This document shows, one piece after another, positions 46,520-58,477 of a stretch of 64,000 nucleotides of DNA. How positions within the stretch are numbered: position 1 is the first letter of the stretch; each line of letters opens with the position of its first letter. Location of the stretch: assembly GCA_046348685.1 (NCBI GenBank), contig JAXMDT010000006.1, forward strand, positions 2,395 to 66,394. The letters run 5' to 3'. Source of the stretch: Rickettsiales bacterium (lineage in GTDB: Bacteria; Pseudomonadota; Alphaproteobacteria; Rickettsiales; UBA998). The position numbers and the translations under genes are program-made. Under the pieces are notes generated by a model. That model saw only the letters and a program-made list of their open reading frames with translations, was not told the DNA's origin and did no database searches.

Positions 46520-46583
46520 GCTTTGAGAATACTAAGCAAGTGTTAACAAACAGTAATAATTATAGCAGAATAGCGGATTTTTT

Positions 46584-46865
46584 CTAGGAAAGATCAGGTT
46601 CCAGTGTCCCTGCCGCTTCATAGGATGACTGTCCGCTGAAGACAATTCCTGCCAATTCAGACGCTCTAAGAAATAAGGCGGCTTTTTCTCCGGCATCAAT
46701 CAAATTATAAGTCGCGAGGTCGTAATGATTCGTAAGTTCAATGAGTTGCTTAAAAACCGAGCTAGCGATTTCAGCTTCTAAGTAGCGCTTAGAGCTAGTC
46801 TGTGACTCAGCCAGGTAATGCGCAAGGCAGGTTTCCGAGTCATTTTTTGTCCATGAATCCAGCAT
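46584..46865 (-). CDS. hypothetical small protein
   Basis: This 93-aa helical ORF sits immediately upstream of 45491-46519 on the same strand. Confidence 0.4.
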   Translation of the reverse strand: MLDSWTKNDSETCLAHYLAESQTSSKRYLEAEIASSVFKQLIELTNHYDLATYNLIDAGEKAALFLRASELAGIVFSGQSSYEAAGTLEPDLS

Positions 46866-46951
46866 TGCTTAACTATAACAGATACAGCGTCCTGCAAAAT
46901 TGAAGAAATAATTACAAAACAATTAATTACAGTTTTGTTACAACGGAATAT

Positions 46952-47665
46952 TCAGGCAGCGAGCAGGCTTAAAAATACCCCTTTGCCGTCCGTGCCGCCA
47001 GTAGCGATGTCGCAGACACGTTCTGGATGCGGCATCATACCAAGGACGTTTTTTTCCTTATTGAAAATGCCCGCGATGTGATTAAGCGAGCCATTCGGAT
47101 TATAGCTAACGGCCAGTTTTCCTTCAGGGGAGCAGTAACGGAATGCGACCTGCGCGTTATCCTCGATGGCTTTGATCGTATCGCTATCCGCCGTATAATT
47201 GCCGTCATGGTGTGCGACCGGCACTTCCAGCACCTGATCTTTTTGATACTGGCTGGTGAAGACGGTTTGGTTGTTTTCCACCCTCAAATGAACATGTCTG
47301 CAAACGAAGGAAAGGCCTGCATTGCGCATCAGCGTGCCAGGCAGCAGCCCGGATTCGGTAAGAATCTGGAAGCCGTTGCAGATGCCCATGACGTAGCGGC
47401 CTTCGGACGCATGTCTCTTGATCGCGGCCATGATGGGCGAGCGTGCGGCCATGGCGCCACTGCGGAGGTAATCTCCGTACGAAAACCCACCGGGAACAAT
47501 CACCAGATCGAGTTTGGGCATTGACGTATCGCGGTGCCAGATATAGCTGGCTTCGCCCTTGGCATTGGCAGCTTCTGCCCATGCGCCGGAAAGCAAGGAT
47601 TTTGAGGTGCTTAATGCATCCCGATCGCAGTTAGAGCCGGGGAATTGAATGACGCCTATTTTCAT
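46952..47665 (-). CDS. purQ: phosphoribosylformylglycinamidine synthase subunit PurQ (glutaminase)
   Basis: MKIGVIQFPGSNCDRD...GICNGFQIL...MPHPER is present. Confidence 0.95.
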   Translation of the reverse strand: MKIGVIQFPGSNCDRDALSTSKSLLSGAWAEAANAKGEASYIWHRDTSMPKLDLVIVPGGFSYGDYLRSGAMAARSPIMAAIKRHASEGRYVMGICNGFQILTESGLLPGTLMRNAGLSFVCRHVHLRVENNQTVFTSQYQKDQVLEVPVAHHDGNYTADSDTIKAIEDNAQVAFRYCSPEGKLAVSYNPNGSLNHIAGIFNKEKNVLGMMPHPERVCDIATGGTDGKGVFLSLLAA

Positions 47666-47905
47666 TTATGCGATTTCGACTTTGTAATTCTCGATAACCG
47701 TATTGGCGAGCAGCTGATCGCACATGGATTTCAGCTTCTGCTCAGCTTTGGATTTGTCTTTTTCGTTTACTTCAACTTCGATGAATTTACCGACACGGAC
47801 ATTTTCGACTTCGCTGAAGCCAAGGCTATGGAGCGCATTATTAATGGCTTTACCTTGCGGGTCTAAAACACCATTTTTCAAAGTGATATGGACAGTGGCT
47901 TTCAT
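47666..47905 (-). CDS. purS: phosphoribosylformylglycinamidine synthase subunit PurS
   Basis: MKATVHITLKNGVLDPQGKAI is present. The ORF is 79 aa and abuts purQ. Confidence 0.9.
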   Translation of the reverse strand: MKATVHITLKNGVLDPQGKAINNALHSLGFSEVENVRVGKFIEVEVNEKDKSKAEQKLKSMCDQLLANTVIENYKVEIA

Positions 47906-47986
47906 AATCTATAAATATTAAAATAACTTAACTTTAATCTATTTTTGCGTTATACTACCGATCTAGTCAACAAAAAAGGAAATAAT

Positions 47987-48205
47987 ATGGCCGAAGATTT
48001 AACTCCAGAACGGTTTGCTGAACAAGAGGCTCACCCCGAACAGGCAAAGCCTGCGTTTACTGCAGAACAATTTGCTGCAATATTAAATAAGGCAGGTCAC
48101 CGTAAACCACAGGGAGTTTCAGACCCGCAACACGCATCTGACCATGGTGCGCCGAATTCAGTGGGTGGGAAAACCGCTACAAAAGGCGACCTTCCACCAC
48201 ACTAA
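47987..48205 (+). CDS. hypothetical small protein
   Basis: ATG 47987 follows AAAGGA. A TATACT -10-like box lies at 47951-47956. The 72-aa product is polar with no recognisable domain. Confidence 0.35.
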   Translation: MAEDLTPERFAEQEAHPEQAKPAFTAEQFAAILNKAGHRKPQGVSDPQHASDHGAPNSVGGKTATKGDLPPH

Positions 48206-48210
48206 CATTA

Positions 48211-48978
48211 CTAATCTTCCTTTTTAGCCGGTTCCAACTCAGCGACTTCCGCGCTAGGGAGCACTCCAAGGCGCCGCGCGACTTCCTGATACGCTTCTTC
48301 GATATCGCCTAAATCACGGCGGAAGCGATCCTTGTCCAGCTTCTCATTGGTTTTGACATCCCACAGGCGGCAAGAATCCGGGCTGATTTCATCAGCGAGC
48401 AGAATACGCGAACGCCCATCTTCCGTGTAGGAACGGCCAAATTCAATTTTGAAATCAACAAGCTTGATACCGACGCCGAGGAACAGGCCGGACAGGAAAT
48501 CATTGATGCGCAAAGTCATCATACGGATTTCCTCAACTTCCATCGGATCGGCGATGTCGAACGCAAAGATCAGCTCTTCGGAAATAAATGGATCACCCAG
48601 CTTATCGTTCTTCAGGCAATATTCAACGATCGGCATTTTAAGCGCCATGCCTTCATCCAGCCCAAAGCGCTCGGCGAAACTACCCGCCGCTACATTGCGC
48701 ACAATGACTTCCAGCGGAATGATCTCCACGGCGCGGATCAGCTGCTCGCGCATATTGAGCGTGCGGATGAAGTGGGTCGGAATGCCCATATCGCCAAGAC
48801 GGGTCATGAAGAATTCGGAAATGCGGTTATTAATCACGCCCTTGCCGCGGATCGTGCCTTTTTTCTTATTGTTGAACGCAGTCGCATCATCCTTGAAATG
48901 CTGGATAAGCGTACCCGGTTCCGGGCCTTCAAAGAGTTGCTTTGCCTTGCCCTCATAGATCGGAATTTTTTTGGCCAT
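48211..48978 (-). CDS. purC: phosphoribosylaminoimidazole-succinocarboxamide synthase
   Basis: I moved the start to ATG 48978 ([18 protein letters not shown]). The sequence is a typical SAICAR synthetase. Confidence 0.95.
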   Translation of the reverse strand: MAKKIPIYEGKAKQLFEGPEPGTLIQHFKDDATAFNNKKKGTIRGKGVINNRISEFFMTRLGDMGIPTHFIRTLNMREQLIRAVEIIPLEVIVRNVAAGSFAERFGLDEGMALKMPIVEYCLKNDKLGDPFISEELIFAFDIADPMEVEEIRMMTLRINDFLSGLFLGVGIKLVDFKIEFGRSYTEDGRSRILLADEISPDSCRLWDVKTNEKLDKDRFRRDLGDIEEAYQEVARRLGVLPSAEVAELEPAKKED

Positions 48979-49190
48979 ACGTGGATTTTGCCCTAATTTA
49001 TGCAACATATGCTTTTCTCTTACTGAAGTTTGCCGCCGAGAGCAATGATATATAGGCCGGAGATGTAAAATTTAAAGCCAGAAGGTCAAAAAGGTTGATT
49101 TGCCTTAAGCTACTGGCAAGGTAAGGTATTTTCATAAATCAGTTGCTCGGCCTTCACACCTATATTACATACACCCGCAAACTGGAGGAA

Positions 49191-49517
49191 ATGATGACCA
49201 CATTCGACGACCGCGACCGCGCTTTTGAAAACAAATTCGCCCACGACCAGGAACTGCAATTCAAGGTCCTTGCTCGTCGCAACAAGCTGCTCGGGCTATG
49301 GGCGGCAGCGCAGCTCGGTAAGTCCGGTGAAGATGCGACGGCCTATGCGAAAGAAGTCGTCCTTGCCGATTTTGAGGAAGCGGGCGACGGAGACGTGCTG
49401 CGCAAAGTACTGGGTGATCTGGGGAAAGCCGGCATCAAAATGAGCGATGTGGAATTACGCGCTAAAATGGACAGTCTCCTTGATGAAGCCAAAAAGCAGG
49501 TCATGGCGGAAGTTTAG
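49191..49517 (+). CDS. DUF1476 protein (F1-ATPase inhibitor zeta-subunit-like)
   Basis: I moved the start to ATG 49191, after GGAGG. DRDRAFENKFAHDQELQFKVLARRNKLLGLWAA...ADFEEAGDGDV is present. Confidence 0.8.
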   Translation: MMTTFDDRDRAFENKFAHDQELQFKVLARRNKLLGLWAAAQLGKSGEDATAYAKEVVLADFEEAGDGDVLRKVLGDLGKAGIKMSDVELRAKMDSLLDEAKKQVMAEV

Positions 49518-49604
49518 TGTCATTCCGGTATAGACCGTTATTCACGATTTTTTCTGGAACTAGAAATTAAGTAAGCCGTAGACCCCGGTCTGCGCCGAGG
49601 TGAT
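49518..49604. repeat. degenerate family C hairpins
   Basis: They are gtgtcattccggtatagaccg...tctggaac and ccgtagaccccggtctgcgccgaggtgat. Confidence 0.5.
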
Positions 49605-49607
49605 ATC

Positions 49608-50957
49608 TTAAGTGGTTTTGAATCTAATTTCGACGCCAAGCCCGGGCTGTTTATCTCTGAAAGACATTTCTGCATTGTGAAGCTTTAAAATCGCATCGAC
49701 GACGCTGAGACCAATGCCGGTGCCCGGTGTGGTTCGGCTTTCCTCGAGCCGGAAAAAGCGCTCTTTTACTTTGTTATGATAGGCATTCGGAATGCCCGGG
49801 CCGCGATCTTCAATAGTGAGAATGATCGTATCATTATCCGCCACGGCTTTGAGCATGACACTCCCCTTAGCGGGCGAAAATTTGATGGCGTTGTCGAGCA
49901 GGTTGGCAATTGCCTGGGTAAGCAGCTGGCGATCGCCAGTGATATGCAATCCGGGTGACACATGCGAGGTGATGGCAACCTGCTTTTCTTCCGCCAGCGG
50001 CAAATAAAAATCGAGCACATCATCCAGTATATCGGAAAGCGCGATATCGGAAAAATGATCCGCTTCCACGCGCGACTCCGCACGCGAGATGACAAGCAGC
50101 GCATCGCACAGATCGCGCAGGCGGTCGATTTCGGCAATGGCTTCGGATAGCGGCTGGCGCATATTATCCGGAGTGGCCGGCAGTGCCAGCATATGTTCGA
50201 GGCGCAGGCGATGGCGATTAAGTGGTGTGCGAAGATCATGCGCCATATTGTCCGAGGTGGCGCGCACGTTATCGATCAGTTCATTGATGCGGCCGAGCAT
50301 ACGGTTGAAGTTTTCACCCAGCTGATCGAATTCGTCATGGCTGCCGGTGACCGGCACGCGTGCGGAAAGATCGCCCTCCATGAGGATGCGGCATGTATGA
50401 TTTACCTGGCGCAGCTTGCGCGTGATGAAAAGCGTAATCAGCGTGCTGCAGAAAATAGCGGCGGCGAGGGAAAGCAGGAAGTCGGTAAACAGGCGGCTGA
50501 TAACGATCTGCTCAATCTTCCGTACATGTTTTAAGCTGTATCCAATGATAAACTGGCCGCCTTCGGAATAGCGATGGTATCGGATAAGATATTCATCGCC
50601 CCCCATATGGAGCCTATAATATTTTTCACGCTTTTCCGGCATATGCGGAATATAATCCAGATTGCCTTCCAGCTTGCGCCCATGCGGGTCAAAATAGGCG
50701 ATGATGAATAAATTTTCTTCATCATTATCCAGCAATGCACTGATAAGGTTTAGCGCGCGCGGCGTGAGATTGTGGCCAAGGGCGGAATCGACTTCGCTAT
50801 ATTCCTGCTCGACAATTCCCCGCACCTCACGCAGCGCTTCCTGTACGGTGCCATAATAAATCAAAGTGCGCAGCACCAGCAGCACCACGAAAAATGCCAG
50901 AAAGCACAGCATTGTCAGCCTGAAGCTATAAGACTTGAGTACGGGCTTATGCCACAT
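49608..50957 (-). CDS. sensor histidine kinase (two TM segments, HAMP, HisKA, HATPase_c)
   Basis: I moved the start to ATG 50957 (MWHKPVLKS..). The H-box is MAHDLRTPLNR and the G-boxes are DRGPGIP and GTGIGLS. It overlaps the regulator stop. Confidence 0.85.
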   Translation of the reverse strand: MWHKPVLKSYSFRLTMLCFLAFFVVLLVLRTLIYYGTVQEALREVRGIVEQEYSEVDSALGHNLTPRALNLISALLDNDEENLFIIAYFDPHGRKLEGNLDYIPHMPEKREKYYRLHMGGDEYLIRYHRYSEGGQFIIGYSLKHVRKIEQIVISRLFTDFLLSLAAAIFCSTLITLFITRKLRQVNHTCRILMEGDLSARVPVTGSHDEFDQLGENFNRMLGRINELIDNVRATSDNMAHDLRTPLNRHRLRLEHMLALPATPDNMRQPLSEAIAEIDRLRDLCDALLVISRAESRVEADHFSDIALSDILDDVLDFYLPLAEEKQVAITSHVSPGLHITGDRQLLTQAIANLLDNAIKFSPAKGSVMLKAVADNDTIILTIEDRGPGIPNAYHNKVKERFFRLEESRTTPGTGIGLSVVDAILKLHNAEMSFRDKQPGLGVEIRFKTT

Positions 50958-51621
50958 CGAGCTTGTATCCCACCCCGCGTAGCGTATGGATGAGGGGCTT
51001 TTCAAAACCTTTGTCGATTTTCTGACGCAACCGGCTGATCTGCGCATCGATCAGGTTGGTCTGCGGATTGAAGTGGAAATCCCATACGCCTTCGAGCAGC
51101 ATCGTGCGCGTGATGACCTGTCCGGGGCGACGCATCATGTATTCAAGGAGGCGGAATTCACGGTTGAGGAGCGCAATCTCCTTTCCCGAGCGCATGACTT
51201 TCCGGTGCAGCAGATTAAGCTCGAGGTCGGAAAATTTAAGCACTGTCTGCTCGGTGGGCGACGCGGTGCGGCGTACCAAGGCTTCGACACGGGCCAGCAG
51301 TTCGGCAAAGGAAAACGGTTTGGTGAGATAATCGTCGCCGCCGGAGCGCAGTCCTTTGATGCGTTCTTCAACCTGATTCAGCGCGCTCAGCACCAGGGCA
51401 GGGGTGTGGTTGCTTGACTGGCGGAGCGTCTGTATCATGGCGAGGCCGTCGATCTTCGGCAACATGCGGTCAACGACAAGTGCATCGTATATGCCCTCCG
51501 TTGCCATATAGAGGCCTTCCATGCCATCTTTCGCCCAGTCAGCATTATGGCCCGCTTCTTTCAGGCCATCGGTTATGTACTGGCCGGTAACCTCATCATC
51601 CTCTACGATCAATATGTGCAT
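50947..51621 (-). CDS. OmpR-family response regulator
   Basis: The receiver reads MHILIVEDDE...DALVVDRMLPKIDG...LTKPF. The winged-helix region reads ..RGVGYKL. Confidence 0.9.
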   Translation of the reverse strand: MHILIVEDDEVTGQYITDGLKEAGHNADWAKDGMEGLYMATEGIYDALVVDRMLPKIDGLAMIQTLRQSSNHTPALVLSALNQVEERIKGLRSGGDDYLTKPFSFAELLARVEALVRRTASPTEQTVLKFSDLELNLLHRKVMRSGKEIALLNREFRLLEYMMRRPGQVITRTMLLEGVWDFHFNPQTNLIDAQISRLRQKIDKGFEKPLIHTLRGVGYKLDVA

Positions 51622-51658
51622 TGCTCTACTATGCCGGTAAAATATTCAGTCGCTGCAT

Positions 51659-51704
51659 CGAAAAAAGGAATGCCGTGGGATAGGGAGCATTCCGCACGGC
51701 ATTC
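51659..51704 (-). terminator. rho-independent terminator (minus strand)
   Basis: On the minus strand, the stem gaatgccgtg/cacggcattc is followed by CTTTTTTT. It lies ~150 nt downstream of the 51852 stop. Confidence 0.5.
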
Positions 51705-51851
51705 TAGCTGAAAAGGGATTGTGTAAAAGGGATAATTTTCACAATTATCGCCAGGGGCGCTCAGATTCCTGCACATTGGGATGATGGCGTAATGGCACTA
51801 ACAGCTCTCATCCATTAGAATCATGCGCGCGCCCGGCGTAATTGCTACACG

Positions 51852-52112
51852 CTAGTTGGTCTTGGTCGTGCCAGTCCCTTCCGCGCATTTCAGATATTGG
51901 GCGTGATCGTTCGGATATTGCTTCATGCATTTATCCTGCAGCGCTTTTTTAGCTGCCGCCGTGTTCGATGCGACTACATGCGATTTCGCTGTAGCGCTGG
52001 CGGTCTTTGCAGGCGTGGTGGTATGAACGGTTTTTGCAGGCTCGGCCGCAACTGCGCCCATCGCCAGCATAGCGACTGCTAAAAAAGCAGGAACGGATTT
52101 CGTGAAAGTCAT
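51852..52112 (-). CDS. hypothetical small secreted protein
   Basis: The signal peptide is MTFTKSVPAFLAVAMLAMGAVAA. An Ala/Thr-rich linker precedes a two-Cys C-terminus. Confidence 0.5.
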   Translation of the reverse strand: MTFTKSVPAFLAVAMLAMGAVAAEPAKTVHTTTPAKTASATAKSHVVASNTAAAKKALQDKCMKQYPNDHAQYLKCAEGTGTTKTN

Positions 52113-52249
52113 AGTGAATCTCCTATTTGTGTATGTGGTTATTCGCCACGAGCCGGATCATGGCACAGCCCTTCTTTCGTGACTGTGACAGGGACGTGAA
52201 ATCGACGTAATGTTTGACGCAGGGATTCTTTGCCCTCATAAACGGGACC

Positions 52250-53437
52250 ATGTCAGAAACAAGAGCAACGAACCCATTCAAAAAATTCTTCGCGCTGGAA
52301 TCGGCGGGAGGCATTGTCCTTTTTCTGGTGGCGGTGCTGGCGCTGCTGTGTGCTAATAGCCCGCTCGCCGAGGCGTATCATGCATTTGTACACTTCCCTC
52401 TCGGTATTTCTCTAGGCGGAATCGGATTTTCCGCTCCACTGGAATTATGGATCAATGATGGATTGATGGCCATTTTCTTTTTGCTCGTCGGCATGGAAAT
52501 CAAACGCGAATTGCTGGAAGGCGAGCTTTCGTCCCTCGGGCAGGCGGTTCTGCCATTTTTCGCGGCAGTTGGCGGTGTAGCACTGCCTGCGGTCATTTAT
52601 GTCTGTTTTAACTGGGAACATCCCGAAAACATGCGGGGCTGGGCTATTCCCACGGCAACCGATATTGCGTTTTCCATCGGCGTGCTGGCGCTTTTCGGCT
52701 CGCGTTTATCGCTGGGCCTGAAAGTGTTCCTGACGGCGGTAGCGGTGATCGATGACCTGATTGCGATTGTTGTGATTGCAGTGTTCTACACAAGCGAAAT
52801 TTCAGAGCAAAATCTCCTGATGGCAGCGTTATGCCTGCTGGCGCTTGCCGTTTTCAATCGGCGAAAAGTCAACCTCTACTGGCCGTATTTGCTGGTGGGA
52901 GCGCTCATGTGGTATTTCACGCTGAAATCCGGTATCCATGCCACTATCGCCGGTGTGATGCTTGGCGCGATGATGCCTCTGAAACTGGAACGGCATGGTA
53001 GCGGCTCCATGCTAAAGTATCTTGAGCATCTGCTGCAGCCTTGGGTTGTTTTTTTCATTATGCCTATTTTTGCTTTCGCTAACGCGGGTATCAATTTTGA
53101 AGGAATTACCTTGGCGAGTCTTGCCGACCCGGTGCCGGCAGGAATCGCTGTAGGATTATTCGCCGGTAAGCAGATCGGTATTTTCACGACAGCGCTCATC
53201 CTGATTAAACTGGGAATAGCGCGCCTGCCAGAAGGCGCTACATGGGCGCAGTTTTATCTTGTCTGCATGATCGCCGGTATCGGCTTCACGATGAGCCTTT
53301 TTGTCGGCGGCCTGGCATTCCAGGACGCGCAGCATGCAACTTCAATACGCTTGGGCGTCATGCTAGGCTCGCTTGCTTCCGCCATCGTTGGCGGTGCGCT
53401 CCTTCATTTTACACTTAGAAAGCCTAAAACCTTGTGA
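52250..53437 (+). CDS. nhaA: Na+/H+ antiporter NhaA
   Basis: I moved the start to ATG 52250. FFALESAGGIVL...WINDGLMAIFFLLVGMEIKRE...PTATDIAF is present. Confidence 0.95.
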   Translation: MSETRATNPFKKFFALESAGGIVLFLVAVLALLCANSPLAEAYHAFVHFPLGISLGGIGFSAPLELWINDGLMAIFFLLVGMEIKRELLEGELSSLGQAVLPFFAAVGGVALPAVIYVCFNWEHPENMRGWAIPTATDIAFSIGVLALFGSRLSLGLKVFLTAVAVIDDLIAIVVIAVFYTSEISEQNLLMAALCLLALAVFNRRKVNLYWPYLLVGALMWYFTLKSGIHATIAGVMLGAMMPLKLERHGSGSMLKYLEHLLQPWVVFFIMPIFAFANAGINFEGITLASLADPVPAGIAVGLFAGKQIGIFTTALILIKLGIARLPEGATWAQFYLVCMIAGIGFTMSLFVGGLAFQDAQHATSIRLGVMLGSLASAIVGGALLHFTLRKPKTL

Positions 53438-54453
53438 TCGACGCGCGACAACGCGAGGGCAGAAATATCGTCCCGCGTGTACCAGTTCGGCGAGTTTTTC
53501 TTCTGCGGAATCTCCAAGAGATAAATGTCGCCCTTTAAGCGAAAATGCGAATAAACCTGGGTTATCTGCCCAAGCTTTTTTAAAGACTTTAGAGGGTATG
53601 ACGTATCCTGAAAGGACAGGGATGAAGCGATCTCGTATTGCGGGAAACCATAAAGCCCCCCGAGAAGTTTTTCGCCGCGAGTTTCCAAGAATAATTTCCC
53701 TGCAGCGTCGCGCGCTACAAGCACTATGCGTTCGCGTGTAGGAACGGCAGGTTTCTGTTTTGGCAGAGGATATGTTTCAGGCGCCGCTTTACCTTTGCAG
53801 CCTGTAGCGAGCGGACAAATAAAACATTTCGGCGCTTTCGGCGTGCAGATCATCGCGCCGATATCCATCATGGCCTGGTTGTGCGTGAATGGGTCGTGAC
53901 GATCGAGCAGGCTGTCCGCCGCCTGCCAGAGTTCATCAGTCGAAAGGCCCTTGCTGGCATGCAAACGGTGCAGGACGCGTTTCACATTCGCTTCCATCAC
54001 CGGCACCGGCAGATGGTAAGCAAATGCCGCTACTGCATGCGCGGTGTTACGGCCAATGCCGGGCAGCGCCATAAGCTCCTCTACAGTTTTCGGCAGGGCG
54101 GGGGCCGCTGCTTTCGCCGCCGCATGCAGATTGCGCGCCCGGCTGTAATATCCCATACCTTCCCAGGCCTTTAATACTTTTTCCTGCGGTGCGTCTGCCA
54201 GGGCCTGCAGGGTTGGAAACTGCTCGAGAAATGGACGGTAAAAACGCTCAAGGACAGTTTTCACCTGCGTCTGCTGCAGCATGATCTCGCTGATGTAAAT
54301 AGCGTAAGCGTCCTCAGTGTTGCGCCAGGGCAGGTCTTTGCGGCCATGTCGGGCATACCATTCAGAAAGATGCACGGCAGCATTGTTTAGAGCGCCCGCA
54401 GACGCTATATTAGTATGTGAGCCTGTTTTGCGCAGGCGGGAGGATCGTTTCAT
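53404..54453 (-). CDS. mutY: A/G-specific adenine DNA glycosylase
   Basis: LPWR...AYAIYISEIMLQQTQV and HhH LPGIGRNTA are present, with the 4Fe-4S loop C.PKAPKCFICPLATGC and a NUDIX-like C-terminus. Confidence 0.9.
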   Translation of the reverse strand: MKRSSRLRKTGSHTNIASAGALNNAAVHLSEWYARHGRKDLPWRNTEDAYAIYISEIMLQQTQVKTVLERFYRPFLEQFPTLQALADAPQEKVLKAWEGMGYYSRARNLHAAAKAAAPALPKTVEELMALPGIGRNTAHAVAAFAYHLPVPVMEANVKRVLHRLHASKGLSTDELWQAADSLLDRHDPFTHNQAMMDIGAMICTPKAPKCFICPLATGCKGKAAPETYPLPKQKPAVPTRERIVLVARDAAGKLFLETRGEKLLGGLYGFPQYEIASSLSFQDTSYPLKSLKKLGQITQVYSHFRLKGDIYLLEIPQKKNSPNWYTRDDISALALSRVDHKVLGFLSVK

Positions 54454-55081
54454 GCGCGCACGTTTTATTGTTTCTCTCCTGGTATGGGTATTTCTGGCCG
54501 TATCGTCAACCCCGGCTTTCGCGGGGCCAACGGTTAGAATTACTATCTTCGGCGACGATCTAACCAGCGGCTACGGCATCAGCAATCCGGATGACAAGTT
54601 GCAAGCGATATTATCGGCCAAACTTAAAAAAGATGCCTTGAATGCTACGGTCACGAATTTGAGCCTTGATGGGGAAACCACTTCCACTGCGCTCAAACGT
54701 CTTCCCCAAATTGCTGCAAATCCCACAGAGATTCTTATTTTAGCGCTGGGTAATAACGATGCGCTCCGCCAGACCGATCCCGAAATCATACGTAATAATC
54801 TAGACCAGATTTTGACTCAGATGGAAGGCCGGTCTTATACGTTGTTTACAGGTGCACGGGCACGCCCTGGATCCGGAACGGAATATGCCTTGCATTTTAA
54901 CAACGTTTTCCCCGAGCTCTCCGAGCATCATAAAGTTATATTTTATCCATTCCTGCTCGAGGGTATCGCAGGTAAAACTGAGTATTTCCAGCGCGACGGC
55001 GTTCATCCTAATGAAGAGGGTGTCCAAGAGATGGCGGATAAATTATACCCCGTCATGGTGCAGATGGTTCGCAAATACTAA
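54452..55081 (+). CDS. SGNH/GDSL hydrolase (arylesterase/TesA-like), secreted
   Basis: I moved the start to ATG 54452. After the signal peptide come FGDDLTSGYG (block I), LGNNDA (block III) and DGVHPN (block V). Confidence 0.8.
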   Translation: MRARFIVSLLVWVFLAVSSTPAFAGPTVRITIFGDDLTSGYGISNPDDKLQAILSAKLKKDALNATVTNLSLDGETTSTALKRLPQIAANPTEILILALGNNDALRQTDPEIIRNNLDQILTQMEGRSYTLFTGARARPGSGTEYALHFNNVFPELSEHHKVIFYPFLLEGIAGKTEYFQRDGVHPNEEGVQEMADKLYPVMVQMVRKY

Positions 55082-55175
55082 GTTATTTACTTTTTTGCAC
55101 GCTTTAAAAATTCGCTGATTGCGCTTGCGCTGACCTAAAAAAAGCCTAGGCTCTCCCTGCAATAAAAAGGAGTAG

Positions 55176-57497
<2,322 letters not shown>

Positions 57498-57502
57498 AAC
57501 TG

Positions 57503-57620
57503 TGCGCCTTTCATTTTTTCCGTATGCGTCGTTATCCTTCGGTCTCGCAATGCTCACGTAGCGCTGCTACGCTGCGCTCACTCACCTCGGCTGCCTCGCC
57601 TACGAAAATCTGAAAGACGC
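57503..57620. repeat. family E long imperfect palindrome after thiC
   Basis: The arms are gcgcctttcattttttccgtatgcg... and ...cgcctacgaaaatctgaaagacgc. The core is tgctcacgtagcgctgctacgctgcgctca. Confidence 0.55.
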
Positions 57621-57624
57621 TTAT

Positions 57625-58293
57625 ATGGCTAACTATATTGTTCATTCGGAAATACAGGATTTCAAAAAAGTTAGAGAAACTGATCCATTTCAATTAGAGC
57701 TGAAAAAAGATCCATTAAAACAGGCAATCACTTTATTGCAGCTTGCGGATAACGACTATCTATCAGCAAGAATATTATTATTAAACGGCCTATGGCAAAC
57801 TGGAATACCTAAAGCAAATGAAGTGATAGAAAAAGTTTTAAAGGCAATTCTTATTTTGAGAGCTGTAGAGTTAGACCAGCTTGAAAAGCTAAGCCTAAAA
57901 TCCTATTACCACGACACGCCTAAATTATTTGAGGAATTAAAAAAATATTTGAATATTAAGGAAGGGGATTTTCAAAGAGAAAATAGTATCCTTAGTAATT
58001 ACTATCTATGTTATGAGCGCAGATATGAAAATTGGCTCTCGCATGGCATTACTTGTATGGATGCGTCAGTAAATTCAACCGATAGAATATATACTTTTTT
58101 AAGGAATTTTTTTGTTTCCAAAATTCCTGATTCTTTAAGAGAAGAAGCGAAAGTATTTGGCTTTTATCTATCTCCGCTTAACTCCTATGAAAAGAATCAC
58201 CCAGAGCGAAGAAAAATAAATAATTTAAAAGAACAAAATGCGGTCTTTTCTGCCTTGGAGATCAATCAAGAAAAATTAGAAAAATTATTATAG
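57625..58293 (+). CDS. hypothetical AT-rich protein, possibly HEPN-like
   Basis: This 222-aa ORF is very AT-rich. The N-terminal helices AITLLQLADNDYLSARILLLNG...ANEVIEKVLKAIL resemble HEPN. A candidate R-x6-H lies in ERRYENWLSH. The assignment is weak. Confidence 0.35.
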   Translation: MANYIVHSEIQDFKKVRETDPFQLELKKDPLKQAITLLQLADNDYLSARILLLNGLWQTGIPKANEVIEKVLKAILILRAVELDQLEKLSLKSYYHDTPKLFEELKKYLNIKEGDFQRENSILSNYYLCYERRYENWLSHGITCMDASVNSTDRIYTFLRNFFVSKIPDSLREEAKVFGFYLSPLNSYEKNHPERRKINNLKEQNAVFSALEINQEKLEKLL

Positions 58294-58345
58294 TTCATGG
58301 ATCTAATCCTTTTCCTCCATTTCCTCATTTGGCTTGCGGTTAGAG

Positions 58346-58433
58346 GTCATCCCGGCGAAGGCCGGGATCCACGAATTACTTTTTCCTCGACGCTTATATA
58401 ATAAGACGTAGACCCGGCCTACGCCGGGGTGAC
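58346..58433. repeat. family C hairpins upstream of GIY-YIG gene 2
   Basis: They are gtcatcccggcgaaggccgggatccacg (58346-58373) and cgtagacccggcctacgccggggtgac (58407-58433). Confidence 0.8.
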
Positions 58434-58477
58434 ATTAGTAGTTGTGCTGAAGGCTTTATAACGTAATTAGATAAACT

